Positions 42,926 to 53,472 are shown, numbered from the stretch's first letter. The stretch is DNA of 64,000 bases from an uncultured Acidobacteriota bacterium (GCA_963843575.1 CAWJKZ010000014.1:32001-96000), one strand, 5' to 3'. Program-made: numbers and translations. Notes: generated by a model not told the origin, from the sequence alone.

Positions 42926-43669
42926 ATGCGAAAACTATTCTATCGGTCCGGTTTAGCGTTGACGGTCGGATTGCTGGCGGGTGTCGCGTGCCTGGGCCAG
43001 GACTTTAACAAGACGTATGCGATCGGGACCGGCGGACACATCCGGATCGGCAATATCTCCGGCGACGTGAAGGTGTCGGGGTACAACGGTGACAGCATCG
43101 TGGTGGCCGGTTTCAGGGAAGGGAAGGATCGCGACCTGGTGAAAATCGAGGACCAGAGCAGCGGCGATCGGGTGGACATCCGGGTCAAGTACCCCGACAA
43201 CTGCAATTGCGACGCGAGCGTCAACTTCGAGGTTCGCGTGCCCCAAACCGTGGAATACAACTTCGACCGGATATCCTCCGTCAGCGGCAACGTGGACATG
43301 CGCGGTGTGACGGGCCGGGTGAGGGCCGAGAGTGTCAGCGGCGACGTAGAGGTGGTGGACGTTACGGGGATCGTCAGTGCCTCTTCGGTAAGCGGCGACG
43401 TGAACGTTTCCATCAATCGGCTGGTCGGGCCCGGGGATATGAAGTTCTCCTCGGTGAGCGGGAATGTATCGGTCAAGGCGCCGGCCAGTTTGGATGCCGA
43501 CGTCGAGATGTCCAGCGTCAGCGGCTCGCTCAAGACGGATTTCCCGATCGAGGTGCAGGAGCCCCGCTACGGTCCCGGCCGGTCTGCCCGGGGCCGTCTC
43601 GGTTCTGGGGCATGCAGCCTGCGGGTGACCACCGTTTCGGGGCGCGTCAGCCTGGGTCGCGCCAATTGA
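42926..43669 (+). CDS. DUF4097 beta-strand repeat (putative adhesin) protein
   Basis: Signal peptide and repeated SVSG(N/D)V. Confidence 0.88.
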   Translation: MRKLFYRSGLALTVGLLAGVACLGQDFNKTYAIGTGGHIRIGNISGDVKVSGYNGDSIVVAGFREGKDRDLVKIEDQSSGDRVDIRVKYPDNCNCDASVNFEVRVPQTVEYNFDRISSVSGNVDMRGVTGRVRAESVSGDVEVVDVTGIVSASSVSGDVNVSINRLVGPGDMKFSSVSGNVSVKAPASLDADVEMSSVSGSLKTDFPIEVQEPRYGPGRSARGRLGSGACSLRVTTVSGRVSLGRAN

Positions 43670-43903
43670 GACTCGTCCCGTCGCCGGCTCCATTCAAGAA
43701 GCCGGCGACGGCGATCCGGTAGCCCGCCGATGATCGTCCCTGCACTTCGTTCGCCCCTTGCTTTTTGCCGCAACCGCGTCCTAATCTTGGAGGGCGAAAG
43801 CACAAACTCCGACCAGGGAACCCGGCGTCCGGCCGCTTGCTCATTGGCGTGGGCGTCCAGCGGGCCGGGAGCGACGACTTGGCCGCAGCCGCGATGCGTC
43901 GGC

Positions 43904-44494
43904 ATGGACGAACGAGACAAAGAACTCGCCGCTGCGACGGTCCGGGCCCAGGCCGGCGACACGGAGGCCTTCCGTTACCTCTTCCTGCGCTACGCGAGGC
44001 CTGTTCTTTCTTTCGTCTACCACATCGTGGGCGATCGGCCTCGGGCGGAAGAGCTGACACAGGAGACCTTTATCAGGGCTTACCGCGGGCTCGGGGAAGT
44101 CCGCGACCCGGGGCGGTTTTCAACCTGGCTGTTCGGTATCGCCCGCAACGTGGTGCGGGAGTCGGCCCGTGAAAGCCACCGGCGGTCGCGCGACGTGGCG
44201 TTGGACGACCCCGTGGCGATATCGGTCTCGGACCGCCGCCCGGGGGCGGAAGAGGAGTTGGTTGCGGCTGAACTCGGCCGCACGATCCGCGGCGCGCTGT
44301 TGGGCCTGTCCGAGGATTTTCGGACCGTGTTCGTCCTGAAGGTCCTGCACCGGATGTCTTATGAGGAAATAGCATCCATAACCGGGTCGTCCGTTGGCAA
44401 ACTAAAAACGGACCTGCACCGGGCGCGCCTGGAAATGAGACGAAAGCTCCTGCCGTACTGGGAGCGCACCGGCAGAATCCGAGGTGAGTCATGA
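43904..44494 (+). CDS. ECF RNA polymerase sigma factor
   Basis: GDTEAF, AEELTQETF, FSTWLFGIARN, SYEEIA..GKLKTDLHRAR. Confidence 0.92.
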   Translation: MDERDKELAAATVRAQAGDTEAFRYLFLRYARPVLSFVYHIVGDRPRAEELTQETFIRAYRGLGEVRDPGRFSTWLFGIARNVVRESARESHRRSRDVALDDPVAISVSDRRPGAEEELVAAELGRTIRGALLGLSEDFRTVFVLKVLHRMSYEEIASITGSSVGKLKTDLHRARLEMRRKLLPYWERTGRIRGES

Positions 44495-45183
44495 GTTGCG
44501 AAGCGATACGAAACCTGCTCGAGGACTACTGCTGCGGGGAGCTCGACCTCGCCGAGCGCGGCCGCGTCGAGGCGCACCTCTCCTCCTGTGCCGCGTGCTC
44601 GCGCGAGCTCAGGCCGTTGTCCGCAGAGGGGAGGCTGTATCAGGACTACCAGGAAGGGTTGGAGCGCGGCCTGCAGGTACCCACGGGGATGTGGCAGTCC
44701 ATCCGGGGAGCGATTCAACTGGAGCAGCCCGCTTCGGGCCTCTGGCACAGGATCGTGCGCGCCATCCTCCCCGCTTCCCCCGTGCTGCGTCAGACGGTTT
44801 TTGCCGCCGCCCTGATCGTGCTCTCCGTCGGTGCGACGCTGCTCGCGGTGCGCTATTACGGAAGCGGCAGCCCGCCGGAGAGGGCAGGGTTGCGCCCTGC
44901 GGCACAGCGGACCACGCTGGAGGATGCGCTGCGGTCGATCGAGCGCGCCGAGCAGGAGTACACGGACGCAATCCGGGTTTTGAGCGACATGGTGGACCGG
45001 CGCAAAGGCACGATGGATCCCCGGCTCGTGGCCGAGCTCGAGGCCAATCTCAGGGCTATCGACGAGAGCATCGCCGCTACGCGAAAGGCGTACCACGAGC
45101 ACCCGACGGACGCCGAGCTGGCGCACTACATGCTGGCTGCCTACAGCATGAAGGTGGAGCTGCTGCAGGAAATCACCTCGTAG
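44491..45183 (+). CDS. Zinc-finger (ZAS) anti-sigma factor
   Basis: HLSSCAAC (HxxxCxxC), one TM helix, ATGA overlap with the sigma gene. Confidence 0.88.
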   Translation: MSCEAIRNLLEDYCCGELDLAERGRVEAHLSSCAACSRELRPLSAEGRLYQDYQEGLERGLQVPTGMWQSIRGAIQLEQPASGLWHRIVRAILPASPVLRQTVFAAALIVLSVGATLLAVRYYGSGSPPERAGLRPAAQRTTLEDALRSIERAEQEYTDAIRVLSDMVDRRKGTMDPRLVAELEANLRAIDESIAATRKAYHEHPTDAELAHYMLAAYSMKVELLQEITS

Positions 45184-45196
45184 CAGCCCCGGGGAC

Positions 45197-45619
45197 TCAT
45201 TTGATGCGGAGCTTGATCGCGATCAGGATTTTGGCCTCTTCGATGTTCTTCTTCTCTGCGTAGACGACAGTCACACCCCTTATTTTGTTGTACTGTTTCC
45301 CGCTCTTGAATCGTCCCTTGAGCTCATCGGAGAGATCGCTTGACATAAGCGCTTCCTCGGCTCTCTCTGTGAAATAGAAAGTCGTCCTGAACGAACCGTC
45401 GATGATCGAAAGCCAAAAGATGGTCTTCTTCTTTTGGGTTACCTTGAGCAGCCAGCTCTTGCCATCCCGATAGTACCTCCACTCCGCGGCGAAATCGGGG
45501 TGATCGGCCCGGATGTGCTCGAAGAGCGAAACCCAGAGCACTTTGGCCCTTCCGATGTGCGAAAAGATGACCTCTTCCGACGGGAACTGACTTGCATCAG
45601 ACAAGACGGGCTGTTCCAT
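45197..45619 (-). CDS. DUF3788-like protein
   Basis: EWRYYRDGKSWLLKV..KKKTIFWL; lower GC than its flanks. Confidence 0.75.
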   Translation of the reverse strand: MEQPVLSDASQFPSEEVIFSHIGRAKVLWVSLFEHIRADHPDFAAEWRYYRDGKSWLLKVTQKKKTIFWLSIIDGSFRTTFYFTERAEEALMSSDLSDELKGRFKSGKQYNKIRGVTVVYAEKKNIEEAKILIAIKLRIK

Positions 45620-45673
45620 AAGAGACCTCCGGGATTCTTGGATCTCGAAGAATCGTAAAAATCAATCTTATAA

Positions 45674-45820
45674 CTGCGATTCATGCAGTGCGCGAACCAG
45701 AAAACCGTTGGACGCGGGTTTGCTCCGACTTCGCACACGGATTAAACCAGCTGACCCACAGTGTAAATCCGCGAGAATCCGCGTCCCTGCAAAGCCGTCG
45801 TGACAGCCTCTGAATCGCAG
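45674..45820. mobile_element. MITE-like element, short copy
   Basis: TIRs CTGCGATTCA/TGAATCGCAG; 22-nt block GTAAATCCGCGAGAATCCGCGT identical to 15668-15689; degenerate flanks AATCTTATAA/ATTCCTCTAA. Confidence 0.75.
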
Positions 45821-45826
45821 ATTCCT

Positions 45827-47833
45827 CTAAACCGGGACCGGCTTAACCTCGAGGCGCGCGAGCGAGGCGGCCAGGGTGCGGCCGCTGCACGAGATCTGGA
45901 CCTCGGGGTACTCGTCGCCGGACGCGTTGACCAAAAGCAGGACTCGTCTGGTACCCAGGTCATAGTCGTAAACGGCGATGTTGGCCGTATTCCAGAGAAA
46001 CGTCGGGCAGTCGGCGCGCGCCGAATCCGCCACCAGCGACTGCAGGATTGCCTGGCGCACGGGATGCTGCAGGCCCTGGTAGGTGGCGGCGCGGCCATAG
46101 GGGAGCATGATCAGGCGTCCCCGGACCACGGCCATCCCGGGGCCGCTGCGCCCCCCGGAGGGGTTGCGCACCTCCGTGTGGACGACGGCTCCATCCGAGT
46201 ATTCGATGTTCAGGTAGTCGCCTGTTTCTGCCTGTGCCGTCAGCCTGGCGTCGCTGAGCCCGCAGTAGCGTTTCCCGTCGACGGCCTGCTCGTAGGAGGG
46301 TACGTCGGAGTCCGACGCCAGCCACTCCGCGCTCTTCACGCCGATCAACCCGCCGAGCCCCATGCGGTGCAGCGTCTGGATCGCGTCACCGTTGAGAAGC
46401 ACGACGTTGTTGGCCAGAAGGTCGCGTACCTGCTGCTCCTTCAGGCCACGGCAGTACTGACCCGAAATCGCCAGTACTGCTCCTTTCTGGCCGGACCAGC
46501 GGCGGTACGTATAGGCGATCCCCATGACGGCGAGGAAGCCTGCCCAGAAGTTCTCGTCCGGTGCAAGCTCGGCAAAGCTATCCCCCTTCTCGGTCTGGAT
46601 CGAGTATGAGGCATCGGGATTGAACAGCACCTGCACGCCCTTTTCGCGCCGCGGGTCGAGTCCGAGGTCGAGGAGCGACTGCGCCTTCGCCTTTGCCTGC
46701 ACGAGCGCGGGCGCGTAGCCCTCCTGCGCGATGACGCCGTTTCCGAACAGATCGAAAATGTCCATCGTAATGCCGGCCGGGCCGAGCGCCAGCGAGGACT
46801 CGATCTGGAAGCGGGTGAACGAGCGCGACTTGGAGAAGCGCGAATGCGGCCAGTTCTCCAGTTCGGGGTAGAGCTGTGTGTCAGGCGGCACGCTGGCGGC
46901 ACTCAGGCGCGAGATGCGGGAGAAATTCCAGAGGTAGTCGGCTGCCGTCACTTCCGCGTACGACGGGAGGTGCGGCCGGTTGACGGGCTCTTTTCCAGCG
47001 GCGAGGCCGCGCAGCACACCTTCCCAGTCCCGTCCCTCGATGGAGTGGGCCGCCGGCGACGAGCTCATGAGCCCGACTCGGGTTTCGGGGGAAACGCCGC
47101 GGACGGTCTCGCCCAGCAGCCGCGCGAGGTTAACCATCGCGTCGCGGCCCGTCTCCAGCCAGATGCGCCGGAAGGGGTGCGGTGCGCCCGGGCGGAGCAC
47201 GCCAGCGGCGAACTCGTCGCGGGTGAGTGGGCGGCCGGCGCGGCGGGAGTACTCCTTCATGTGCAGCTCACAGAAGCAGCCGCCCCACTGCAAGGGGGAG
47301 TGGTTGTGCAGGCGGAAGTCGTCGTCGACCCAGATGACCCGGGGCTGCAATCGGGCAAGGCGCTGGTAGTGCGCCCGCAAGTGTCCGTGCAGAGCAGGGC
47401 AGAGGGGGCAAGCCGTGGCGGACGCCTTCCGGCCGCGCGAGTCTACCATCGGCTGGAACGACTGGCTCGGCTTGAACGCACGGCCTCGGTCGGCGTGCAG
47501 CAGGACAACCCACGGGTTCAGCGAGGTCGTGACGCCTGCGGCCCCGAGCCGCGGCTTCGCACGTTCGACCATCTGAAGCCAGGGCTCAGCCTCCTCCGGG
47601 GTCGGGTGGCCGGTGTTCAGCTCTTCGGCCCACAGGATGAAGGCGACGTCGTCGATCTTCGCTTCACGGCAGAACGAGAGAAGCTCTTCGAGGCGCTCCT
47701 CCTCGTGTAACCCCGGTGCCATCGCGAAGCGCAGGATGTAACGGAAGGGCTCGGTCCGGGATTGAGGGACGGAGGCAACGGAAGCCAGGGCGCCGGCCAC
47801 CGGCAATGACATGCAGAATTCGCGTCTGTTCAT
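45827..47833 (-). CDS. Tat-secreted glycoside-hydrolase-like protein (TIM barrel + glutamine-amidotransferase-like domain)
   Basis: MNRREF Tat signal; WVDDDFRLHNH..GCFCELH, ACPLCP. Confidence 0.65.
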   Translation of the reverse strand: MNRREFCMSLPVAGALASVASVPQSRTEPFRYILRFAMAPGLHEEERLEELLSFCREAKIDDVAFILWAEELNTGHPTPEEAEPWLQMVERAKPRLGAAGVTTSLNPWVVLLHADRGRAFKPSQSFQPMVDSRGRKASATACPLCPALHGHLRAHYQRLARLQPRVIWVDDDFRLHNHSPLQWGGCFCELHMKEYSRRAGRPLTRDEFAAGVLRPGAPHPFRRIWLETGRDAMVNLARLLGETVRGVSPETRVGLMSSSPAAHSIEGRDWEGVLRGLAAGKEPVNRPHLPSYAEVTAADYLWNFSRISRLSAASVPPDTQLYPELENWPHSRFSKSRSFTRFQIESSLALGPAGITMDIFDLFGNGVIAQEGYAPALVQAKAKAQSLLDLGLDPRREKGVQVLFNPDASYSIQTEKGDSFAELAPDENFWAGFLAVMGIAYTYRRWSGQKGAVLAISGQYCRGLKEQQVRDLLANNVVLLNGDAIQTLHRMGLGGLIGVKSAEWLASDSDVPSYEQAVDGKRYCGLSDARLTAQAETGDYLNIEYSDGAVVHTEVRNPSGGRSGPGMAVVRGRLIMLPYGRAATYQGLQHPVRQAILQSLVADSARADCPTFLWNTANIAVYDYDLGTRRVLLLVNASGDEYPEVQISCSGRTLAASLARLEVKPVPV

Positions 47834-47881
47834 AACGGCATTATATGGCCGTCGGCGGCGAGCGCCACCGGCCTTATTCGG

Positions 47882-48068
47882 GAGCCATACCGCAGTTTTA
47901 GAACCGCCTTTGAAACCGCCTGCAGGCGTGCTAACCTACGCGACGTCAAGCTGCGCCTTTTGCGGCACACGTTAGCCAGCCGGCTGGTGACGAAGCGCGG
48001 GTGGACCTGTGAATGGTTCAGGAACTGGGCGGCTGAAAGAGTTGAACATACTCCAGCGATACGCGCTT
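47882..48068 (+). pseudogene. Tyrosine recombinase/integrase C-terminal remnant
   Basis: FETACRRANL..LRHTLASRLV / VDL*MVQELGG*K / LQRYA, with stops and frameshifts; immediately 5' of tRNA-Lys. Confidence 0.8.
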
Positions 48069-48082
48069 GTCATCGATGAGAT

Positions 48083-48158
48083 GGGCCGTTAGCTCAGTCG
48101 GCAGAGCATCTGCCTTTTAAGCAGAGGGTCGCTGGTTCGAGTCCAGCACGGCTCACCA
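48083..48158 (+). tRNA. tRNA-Lys (TTT)
   Basis: 76-nt cloverleaf, anticodon stem TCTGC/GCAGA, loop CT-TTT-AA, encoded CCA. Confidence 0.96.
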
Positions 48159-48526
48159 ATCTTTTCAATAGCTTACAGCCGCTACCAACATCACTCGAAG
48201 AGCCTTTCTAGGCACGGCTGCCGGTGGCGGTGCGGCGCTGCTGGCGGGCGTGGTTGGATCTCCGATTATAATAGGTCAAATGCATCTACGATTGCTGCAT
48301 CCACGCCACACCAGGCAAATTTCTCGTCTGGCGGGATGCCCCGCAGCGGGTCTTTGAGGCGCCTTGACGCTCGTCACCCTGCTGCTAAAGCCCACCCTGT
48401 GACCAGACCCGTCATTTTCTGGTTTACGGCAGGTCGAGGTAGGAAGAAACTCACGTTGTTTCTTTCACGCCTTGGAGGCCGCAGGCCGGGGGTGAAATCC
48501 GCGCCGCCAGGGTAACAGGAATCAGA

Positions 48527-50095
48527 ATGGACCAGAGAGCATCCTTGCGCCTTTGCAGAATCGCCGCCGTGGCCGCCATCACGTGCACCCTCTCGTCCTC
48601 TCCGTGGGCCCCCGTCTCCAAGGCTCAGGCTCCAAGAGACAGGATCGGGTATCACGAGGTGAAGACTGATGCCTCAGGGAAGATTGTGCCCTGGTATGGC
48701 ATAGTCCCCTCGGGGGCCTATGATCACGTAGTCCGGCTGGTCTTCAGTTTTTGGCTCGGAATGCGCAATTGCGCGAACGGCGTGCCGCTTTACCTGCAGC
48801 ATCAGGTATGGAAGGCTGACGTCGATGATGCGCGAGGGTTAGGCGGCGATCAGATACCTATGGCGCTGTCCTCGTGGAACCTGCTTTACGGTTATCTCGG
48901 CGACCCGGCGGTCAAGCAGAACATGGAGTTGATGGCAGACTACTGGTTGTCTCACGGCCTCTCCGGGCCGGACCTCCAGTGGCCGAACCTGCCCTATCCA
49001 TACAATACCGACCTGCATTCGGGGCAGTACGATGGCGACATGCGAGCGGGCAAGGGGTTCCTTCAGCCCGACAAGGCAGCAAGCTTCGGAGCCGAACTGG
49101 TCGTGCTTTACAAGATGACAGGCACCCGCAAATACCTGCACGCGGCGATATCGATCGCCAACACACTCGCGGCCAAAGCGAAAGCGGGTGATGGCGATAA
49201 TTCGCCCTGGCCCTATCGCGTTCATGCCGCCACCGGCGAAGTCCACAAGGAAACCAAAGACGGAAAGAGCTATGCGGCTACTTACACCTCAAACTATTCG
49301 GGCGCACTACGGCTCTTTGCGGAGCTGATCGCATTGAAACAGGGTCGGACCGGAGCCTATGCACAGGCTGCGAACATCGTGGCGGCGTGGCTCAAGGCTT
49401 ATCCCATCAATACGAACAAGTGGGGACCATTTTTCGAAGACATTCCAACATCCGCTTGGTCCGACACGGAAATTAATGCCGACACGATGGCCGAATACAT
49501 TCTGGACCATCCGGAATGGGATCCGGGCTGGCGCGAACAAGCCAAATCGGCTCTGGACTGGAGCTTTCACACGTTCGCGAACAACGAATACACACAATGG
49601 GGCGTCGTTCCGATCAACGAGCAGACGGCATACCAGGTGCCCGGCAACAGTCACACCTCCCGCCATGCCTCGGTCGAGCTGCTCTATTGCCAGAAGACGG
49701 GCGACTGCAGCCTTAAAGAGGAAGCCGTCCGCCGTCTGAACTGGGCCACTTACACGGTAGACACGGACGGCAAGAACCGCTACATCCGGGACGATATCTG
49801 GCTGACGGATGGATACGGCGACTACGTGCGCCACTACCTTCGTGCCATGGCATCGGCGCCAGAACTCGCTCCCGATAATCAGAACCACATATTGCGCACC
49901 AGCTCCGTTTTGCAGTCCATTCATTATGGCCTTGACAGGATCAGCTATACCAAGTTCGATGCCTCCTCGACAGAGGAGCTCAAGATGGCTTCCTGGCAGC
50001 CAAAGTCCGTCCGGGGCGGAAAGATGGAGTGGAACGCATCGAACAAGGTCTTGCGCATCCGGTCGGAGTCCCGTACGGTGACGCTGAATCGGTGA
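48527..50095 (+). CDS. Secreted hypothetical protein, probable (alpha/alpha)6 glycosidase-like fold
   Basis: Signal peptide; aromatic-rich helical repeats (LYKMTGTRKYLHAA). Confidence 0.65.
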   Translation: MDQRASLRLCRIAAVAAITCTLSSSPWAPVSKAQAPRDRIGYHEVKTDASGKIVPWYGIVPSGAYDHVVRLVFSFWLGMRNCANGVPLYLQHQVWKADVDDARGLGGDQIPMALSSWNLLYGYLGDPAVKQNMELMADYWLSHGLSGPDLQWPNLPYPYNTDLHSGQYDGDMRAGKGFLQPDKAASFGAELVVLYKMTGTRKYLHAAISIANTLAAKAKAGDGDNSPWPYRVHAATGEVHKETKDGKSYAATYTSNYSGALRLFAELIALKQGRTGAYAQAANIVAAWLKAYPINTNKWGPFFEDIPTSAWSDTEINADTMAEYILDHPEWDPGWREQAKSALDWSFHTFANNEYTQWGVVPINEQTAYQVPGNSHTSRHASVELLYCQKTGDCSLKEEAVRRLNWATYTVDTDGKNRYIRDDIWLTDGYGDYVRHYLRAMASAPELAPDNQNHILRTSSVLQSIHYGLDRISYTKFDASSTEELKMASWQPKSVRGGKMEWNASNKVLRIRSESRTVTLNR

Positions 50096-50234
50096 GAACC
50101 TCGCGCCCGTCGCCGAAAATCCGCAAGATGCGCGGCCATGACATCAAAACGTCGTACATGGTCCAGGACGGCGACAGCGCCAAGCCGCAAAGAAAGCAAG
50201 TTCAGAGGCGGCAGCGATTGCCATATCCGAACCG

Positions 50235-50465
50235 GAAGAATTGCTATTGCTGGACGGCGCGTTGGGCCGTCTGGCGGAAATCGATCCGCGCCAATCCCAG
50301 ATCGTCGAACTGCGCTATTTTGCGGGCATGAGCATCGCTGAGGTGGCGGGCGTGCTGAGCGTTTCGGAGAGGACAATCCTGCGCGAATGGAAAGTCGCCA
50401 AGGCCTGGCTGCAGGCGGAACTCCCAAGAACAACGACGCCGCAAGCCCATAGGCAGCCAGCCTGA
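50235..50465 (+). pseudogene. ECF sigma factor region-4 fragment (planctomycete/acidobacterial ECF type)
   Basis: LDGALGRLAEIDPRQSQIVELRYFAGMS..SERTILREWKVAKAWL; region 2 is missing. Confidence 0.8.
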
Positions 50466-50646
50466 GGCGGAGTCCCGGAGACGAAGACGATCTCCCGTCC
50501 ATTCGGACGCGCCCCGACCACTGGATCCCCGGCAGCCGCGTAGCCCCCTGCTTCCACGCCATGGCGGCGGGGGCCGGATGTCTTTGATGCCCGTGCGCTC
50601 CCTTGCATTCGCGGAATAAAAGTGCAAGAATGTGCCCGCTTTCTGC

Positions 50647-50723
50647 GTCCCCATCGTCTAGCCGGCCCAGGACACCGCGCTTTCAATGCGGTAACACGGG
50701 TTCGAATCCCGTTGGGGACGCCA
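50647..50723 (+). tRNA. tRNA-Glu (TTC)
   Basis: Acceptor GTCCCCA/TGGGGAC, anticodon loop CT-TTC-AA, GGTTCGAATCC, encoded CCA. Confidence 0.96.
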
Positions 50724-51410
50724 TGCTTTTTCAAGCACTCCTCAGCCTCGTTCGGCCCCGCCGGCTCGGTAACGTTCTGGTAACGTAAGCCCCCAAAACT
50801 GAGTCCAGTCCACGCACCGCAGCGCCAAGATACTGTTTCGACAGATGCTTTGTGGCCGAGTGGCAGAGCCACTCTGTGAATGGTCCGCGCCTTTGATGCG
50901 CGGGAGATCGTTCGTCCTGGGCCGACAGAATGGCCCCCTGCTTTTGAATTGTCCCGATTCCGGAGGCCCATCGGGCTGCGCCGTCTCGTTCTCGATCACG
51001 AGCACCTTGGGAGCGTATCTTTGGCGGCCTTCGAGTACGCCCGCCCTTTCATGAGGCACACGAGAGCCGCCCGGATTCTGTTTCTGGGCGTCTGCCATGA
51101 GGTCATCTGGTCCGTCAGGGTGGGCAGGGGTAATAAGCTATCCCAGAACCTCGGCCTCCTGGCTTGAGTTTACCGAATTCCAGCAATGACCTTGTTGGCC
51201 GTGAGGGTGTACTCTCAGGACAAGGCAGGCTTCGTCGCGGCACAAAAGGGGACTACGCTCAACGTGAAGCTCATCCCCAAGCTGCTCGCCGCTCCGCGGA
51301 AAGCCCAGTATGCGGCGGGCCGACCACGAAGGGGCGACAACCCACCACAATGGTGCCCGTCACGCCTTGTCACCGAGAAAAAGGAGCCTCACGGGCAGGA
51401 GATCGATGAA

Positions 51411-51656
51411 ATGACAGAATTCAAATGGGAAGACGTGGAGGTCGAAAAGTCCTACCCTAACCTCCCCGGGGACTATGACAGTCATGAACCCGCAATTAGA
51501 CGCGCCAAAGTGCCAGGGGGATGGTTCATTACGAGTCGGTCCTACGGCTCGCACACGCCGATTGGATTCTTTTACCCGGATCCGAAACACGAGTGGGATG
51601 GCGGGACCCTTCATTGTGCTCGGCTGGCGGCTGTATCTGCCGGAGAGTTGGGCTAA
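51411..51656 (+). CDS. Small conserved (phage-like) protein whose 3' end runs into the IS remnant
   Basis: RAKVPGGW..FYPDPKHEW motif; AGGAG upstream. Confidence 0.5.
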   Translation: MTEFKWEDVEVEKSYPNLPGDYDSHEPAIRRAKVPGGWFITSRSYGSHTPIGFFYPDPKHEWDGGTLHCARLAAVSAGELG

Positions 51657-52121
51657 TGACAGGAACGGCGCAAAGAGGCCGGTGTTCCCGAGGATGTCGT
51701 TTTCAAAACGAAATGGCAGCTGGCAATCGACATTATTGACCAAGTCCGCACATGGGGCATTCCTGACCGGCTTGTCGTTGCTGATGCCGGGTATGGAGAT
51801 GCGACAGAGTTCCGGGATGCCCTTGAGAGCCGGAGTCTTCCTTATGTCGTAGGTACTTCCGAGCAGGTCGGTATTTGGGCAAAGCCGCCGAAGGTTGTTG
51901 TCCCGGAATACAGCGGCAGGGGGCAGCCACCATCGCGATTTTCCTATGGCAAGCAGAAACCGACGAATGTGCACCAGCTAGCTCTTAAGGCGAAGGAGTG
52001 GAAGAAAATCCGATGGCGCGAAGGGAGCAAGGGATGGCTGGAGTCGCGCTTCATGGCGCAGCGGGTTCAGCCTTCCCATGGCTATGTGCACGGTGAGCCC
52101 CCTCATAAAGAGCTATGGTAG
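51610..52121 (+). mobile_element. IS701-family transposase internal fragment
   Basis: WRLYLPESWAND / AGVPEDVVFKTKWQLA..VADAGYG..FRDAL..WREGSKG..SRF; frameshifted and truncated at both ends. Confidence 0.88.
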
Positions 52122-52333
52122 GAGGGAGGGATGTTTACGGCGACACCTATTATCGTAAACAAATAGCGGGAGAGAGATCCGCAAAGCACAGGAAGCCGTG
52201 TAGTGGTTCCCGATGAACGGCAGTTATCATCATGAGACCTACCCATGCGCGACGTTGACCGGCTGCACCTCCACGTGCTCGAAATAAGCTCGGCGAGTTG
52301 GGGCAATCGAGAATCTGTGGAAAGGAGTCGACC

Positions 52334-53398
52334 GTGACCAACTCGTCCTCCTGCGCGGCAATTGCCCTTGTGTGCGGTGCGCTCGCGGCTACTATTCTGA
52401 TTGCGTCGGAGGGAGCGAAAGACGACGCAACTACGGAGGGCGCAATGCGCGAAGATCCCGTCTCCGCCGCCGCCGCGTCCATTCTCGATCATTATTTCAA
52501 CCCTCCCGCCGCCAGACCCGTGGCAATCGTATGCTGTGCCGGTAAGCGCGCCCTGGCCGAAGCCATTGCCGCGAGGCTCACGGCGCGTGGCACCTTTGTG
52601 ACGACTCTCGAGGTCCCCGAGGACGTTTCCGATGCGCGCGCGTTTGCCTCAAAGGCATTTTCCGATGCCAATGCCGCGCTTATGGTCTTTGCCTCGGCGC
52701 GCATGTGGGGCCCACAGGGATTGCATCGGTATTTCGTCTACCAGGACGGACCGTCGGTTCAAGCGGCCGCGGCCCCCGTGTTCTTCGACGCGGTCACTCC
52801 GATGCCGAGCCGCGTGAGGCTTTATGGTTCGGACGTAGCTAAGGACCAAGCCTGGCTCGAGACGCTCAAATCCGCTTTCCCCGACAACGCTCGCTTCCGC
52901 ATAACATCGCCCGCAGGCACTGACCTTCAATTCACCGCGAGGAAATGGAACCGCCTCGACTGGGAAATATGCACTGCGCCGCTGGAGGCGTCTATCGAGG
53001 GCGCCATCGTCGTCGACGGAGCCGTCCAGTTCGGCAGGGTTGGCAAGCCGATAACCATCGTGATACGCAAGGGGCGCGTTGCCGATGTGCTCTGCGCAGA
53101 CCCCAACGACGCAGTCTTCGCCGAGTATCTCCGCGCGATGAGGGACGCGTTCGCCGCTGATGGCGCCAACGCCCAGCTCGCCGAGGTCGGCATTGGAGTA
53201 AACGGCGCCGCGTTGGTATCGGACGTGATCATGGAAAGCGAAACCGCCCGCGGCACCTGTCACTTCTGCTTCGGCGAGAACACACGCTACGGAGGTGCCA
53301 ACGTCACCGAGACGCACCACGGAACGGTCGTCATAAGAGAGCCGGCTTTCTATCGCGAGACTCTTTCGCCTGCACCGCATTGGAACAGAACACGCTGA
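52334..53398 (+). CDS. Aminopeptidase T / M29-like protein with N-terminal signal peptide
   Basis: ITSPAGTDL, EGAIVVDG, AEVGIGVN, GTCHFCFGEN..YGG; AAGGAG RBS then GTG. Confidence 0.7.
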   Translation: MTNSSSCAAIALVCGALAATILIASEGAKDDATTEGAMREDPVSAAAASILDHYFNPPAARPVAIVCCAGKRALAEAIAARLTARGTFVTTLEVPEDVSDARAFASKAFSDANAALMVFASARMWGPQGLHRYFVYQDGPSVQAAAAPVFFDAVTPMPSRVRLYGSDVAKDQAWLETLKSAFPDNARFRITSPAGTDLQFTARKWNRLDWEICTAPLEASIEGAIVVDGAVQFGRVGKPITIVIRKGRVADVLCADPNDAVFAEYLRAMRDAFAADGANAQLAEVGIGVNGAALVSDVIMESETARGTCHFCFGENTRYGGANVTETHHGTVVIREPAFYRETLSPAPHWNRTR

Positions 53399-53472
53399 CG
53401 GTCAATCGCTTACACGGAGTGTTGCCAAAGCGCAGGCGAGCAGCGATATCAGGGCAGGGACACGGCAAAGAG

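Noticed and set aside
50742-51400. Short ORFs downstream of tRNA-Glu
   Set aside because: No recognisable motifs or convincing starts on either strand; probably decayed accessory DNA.
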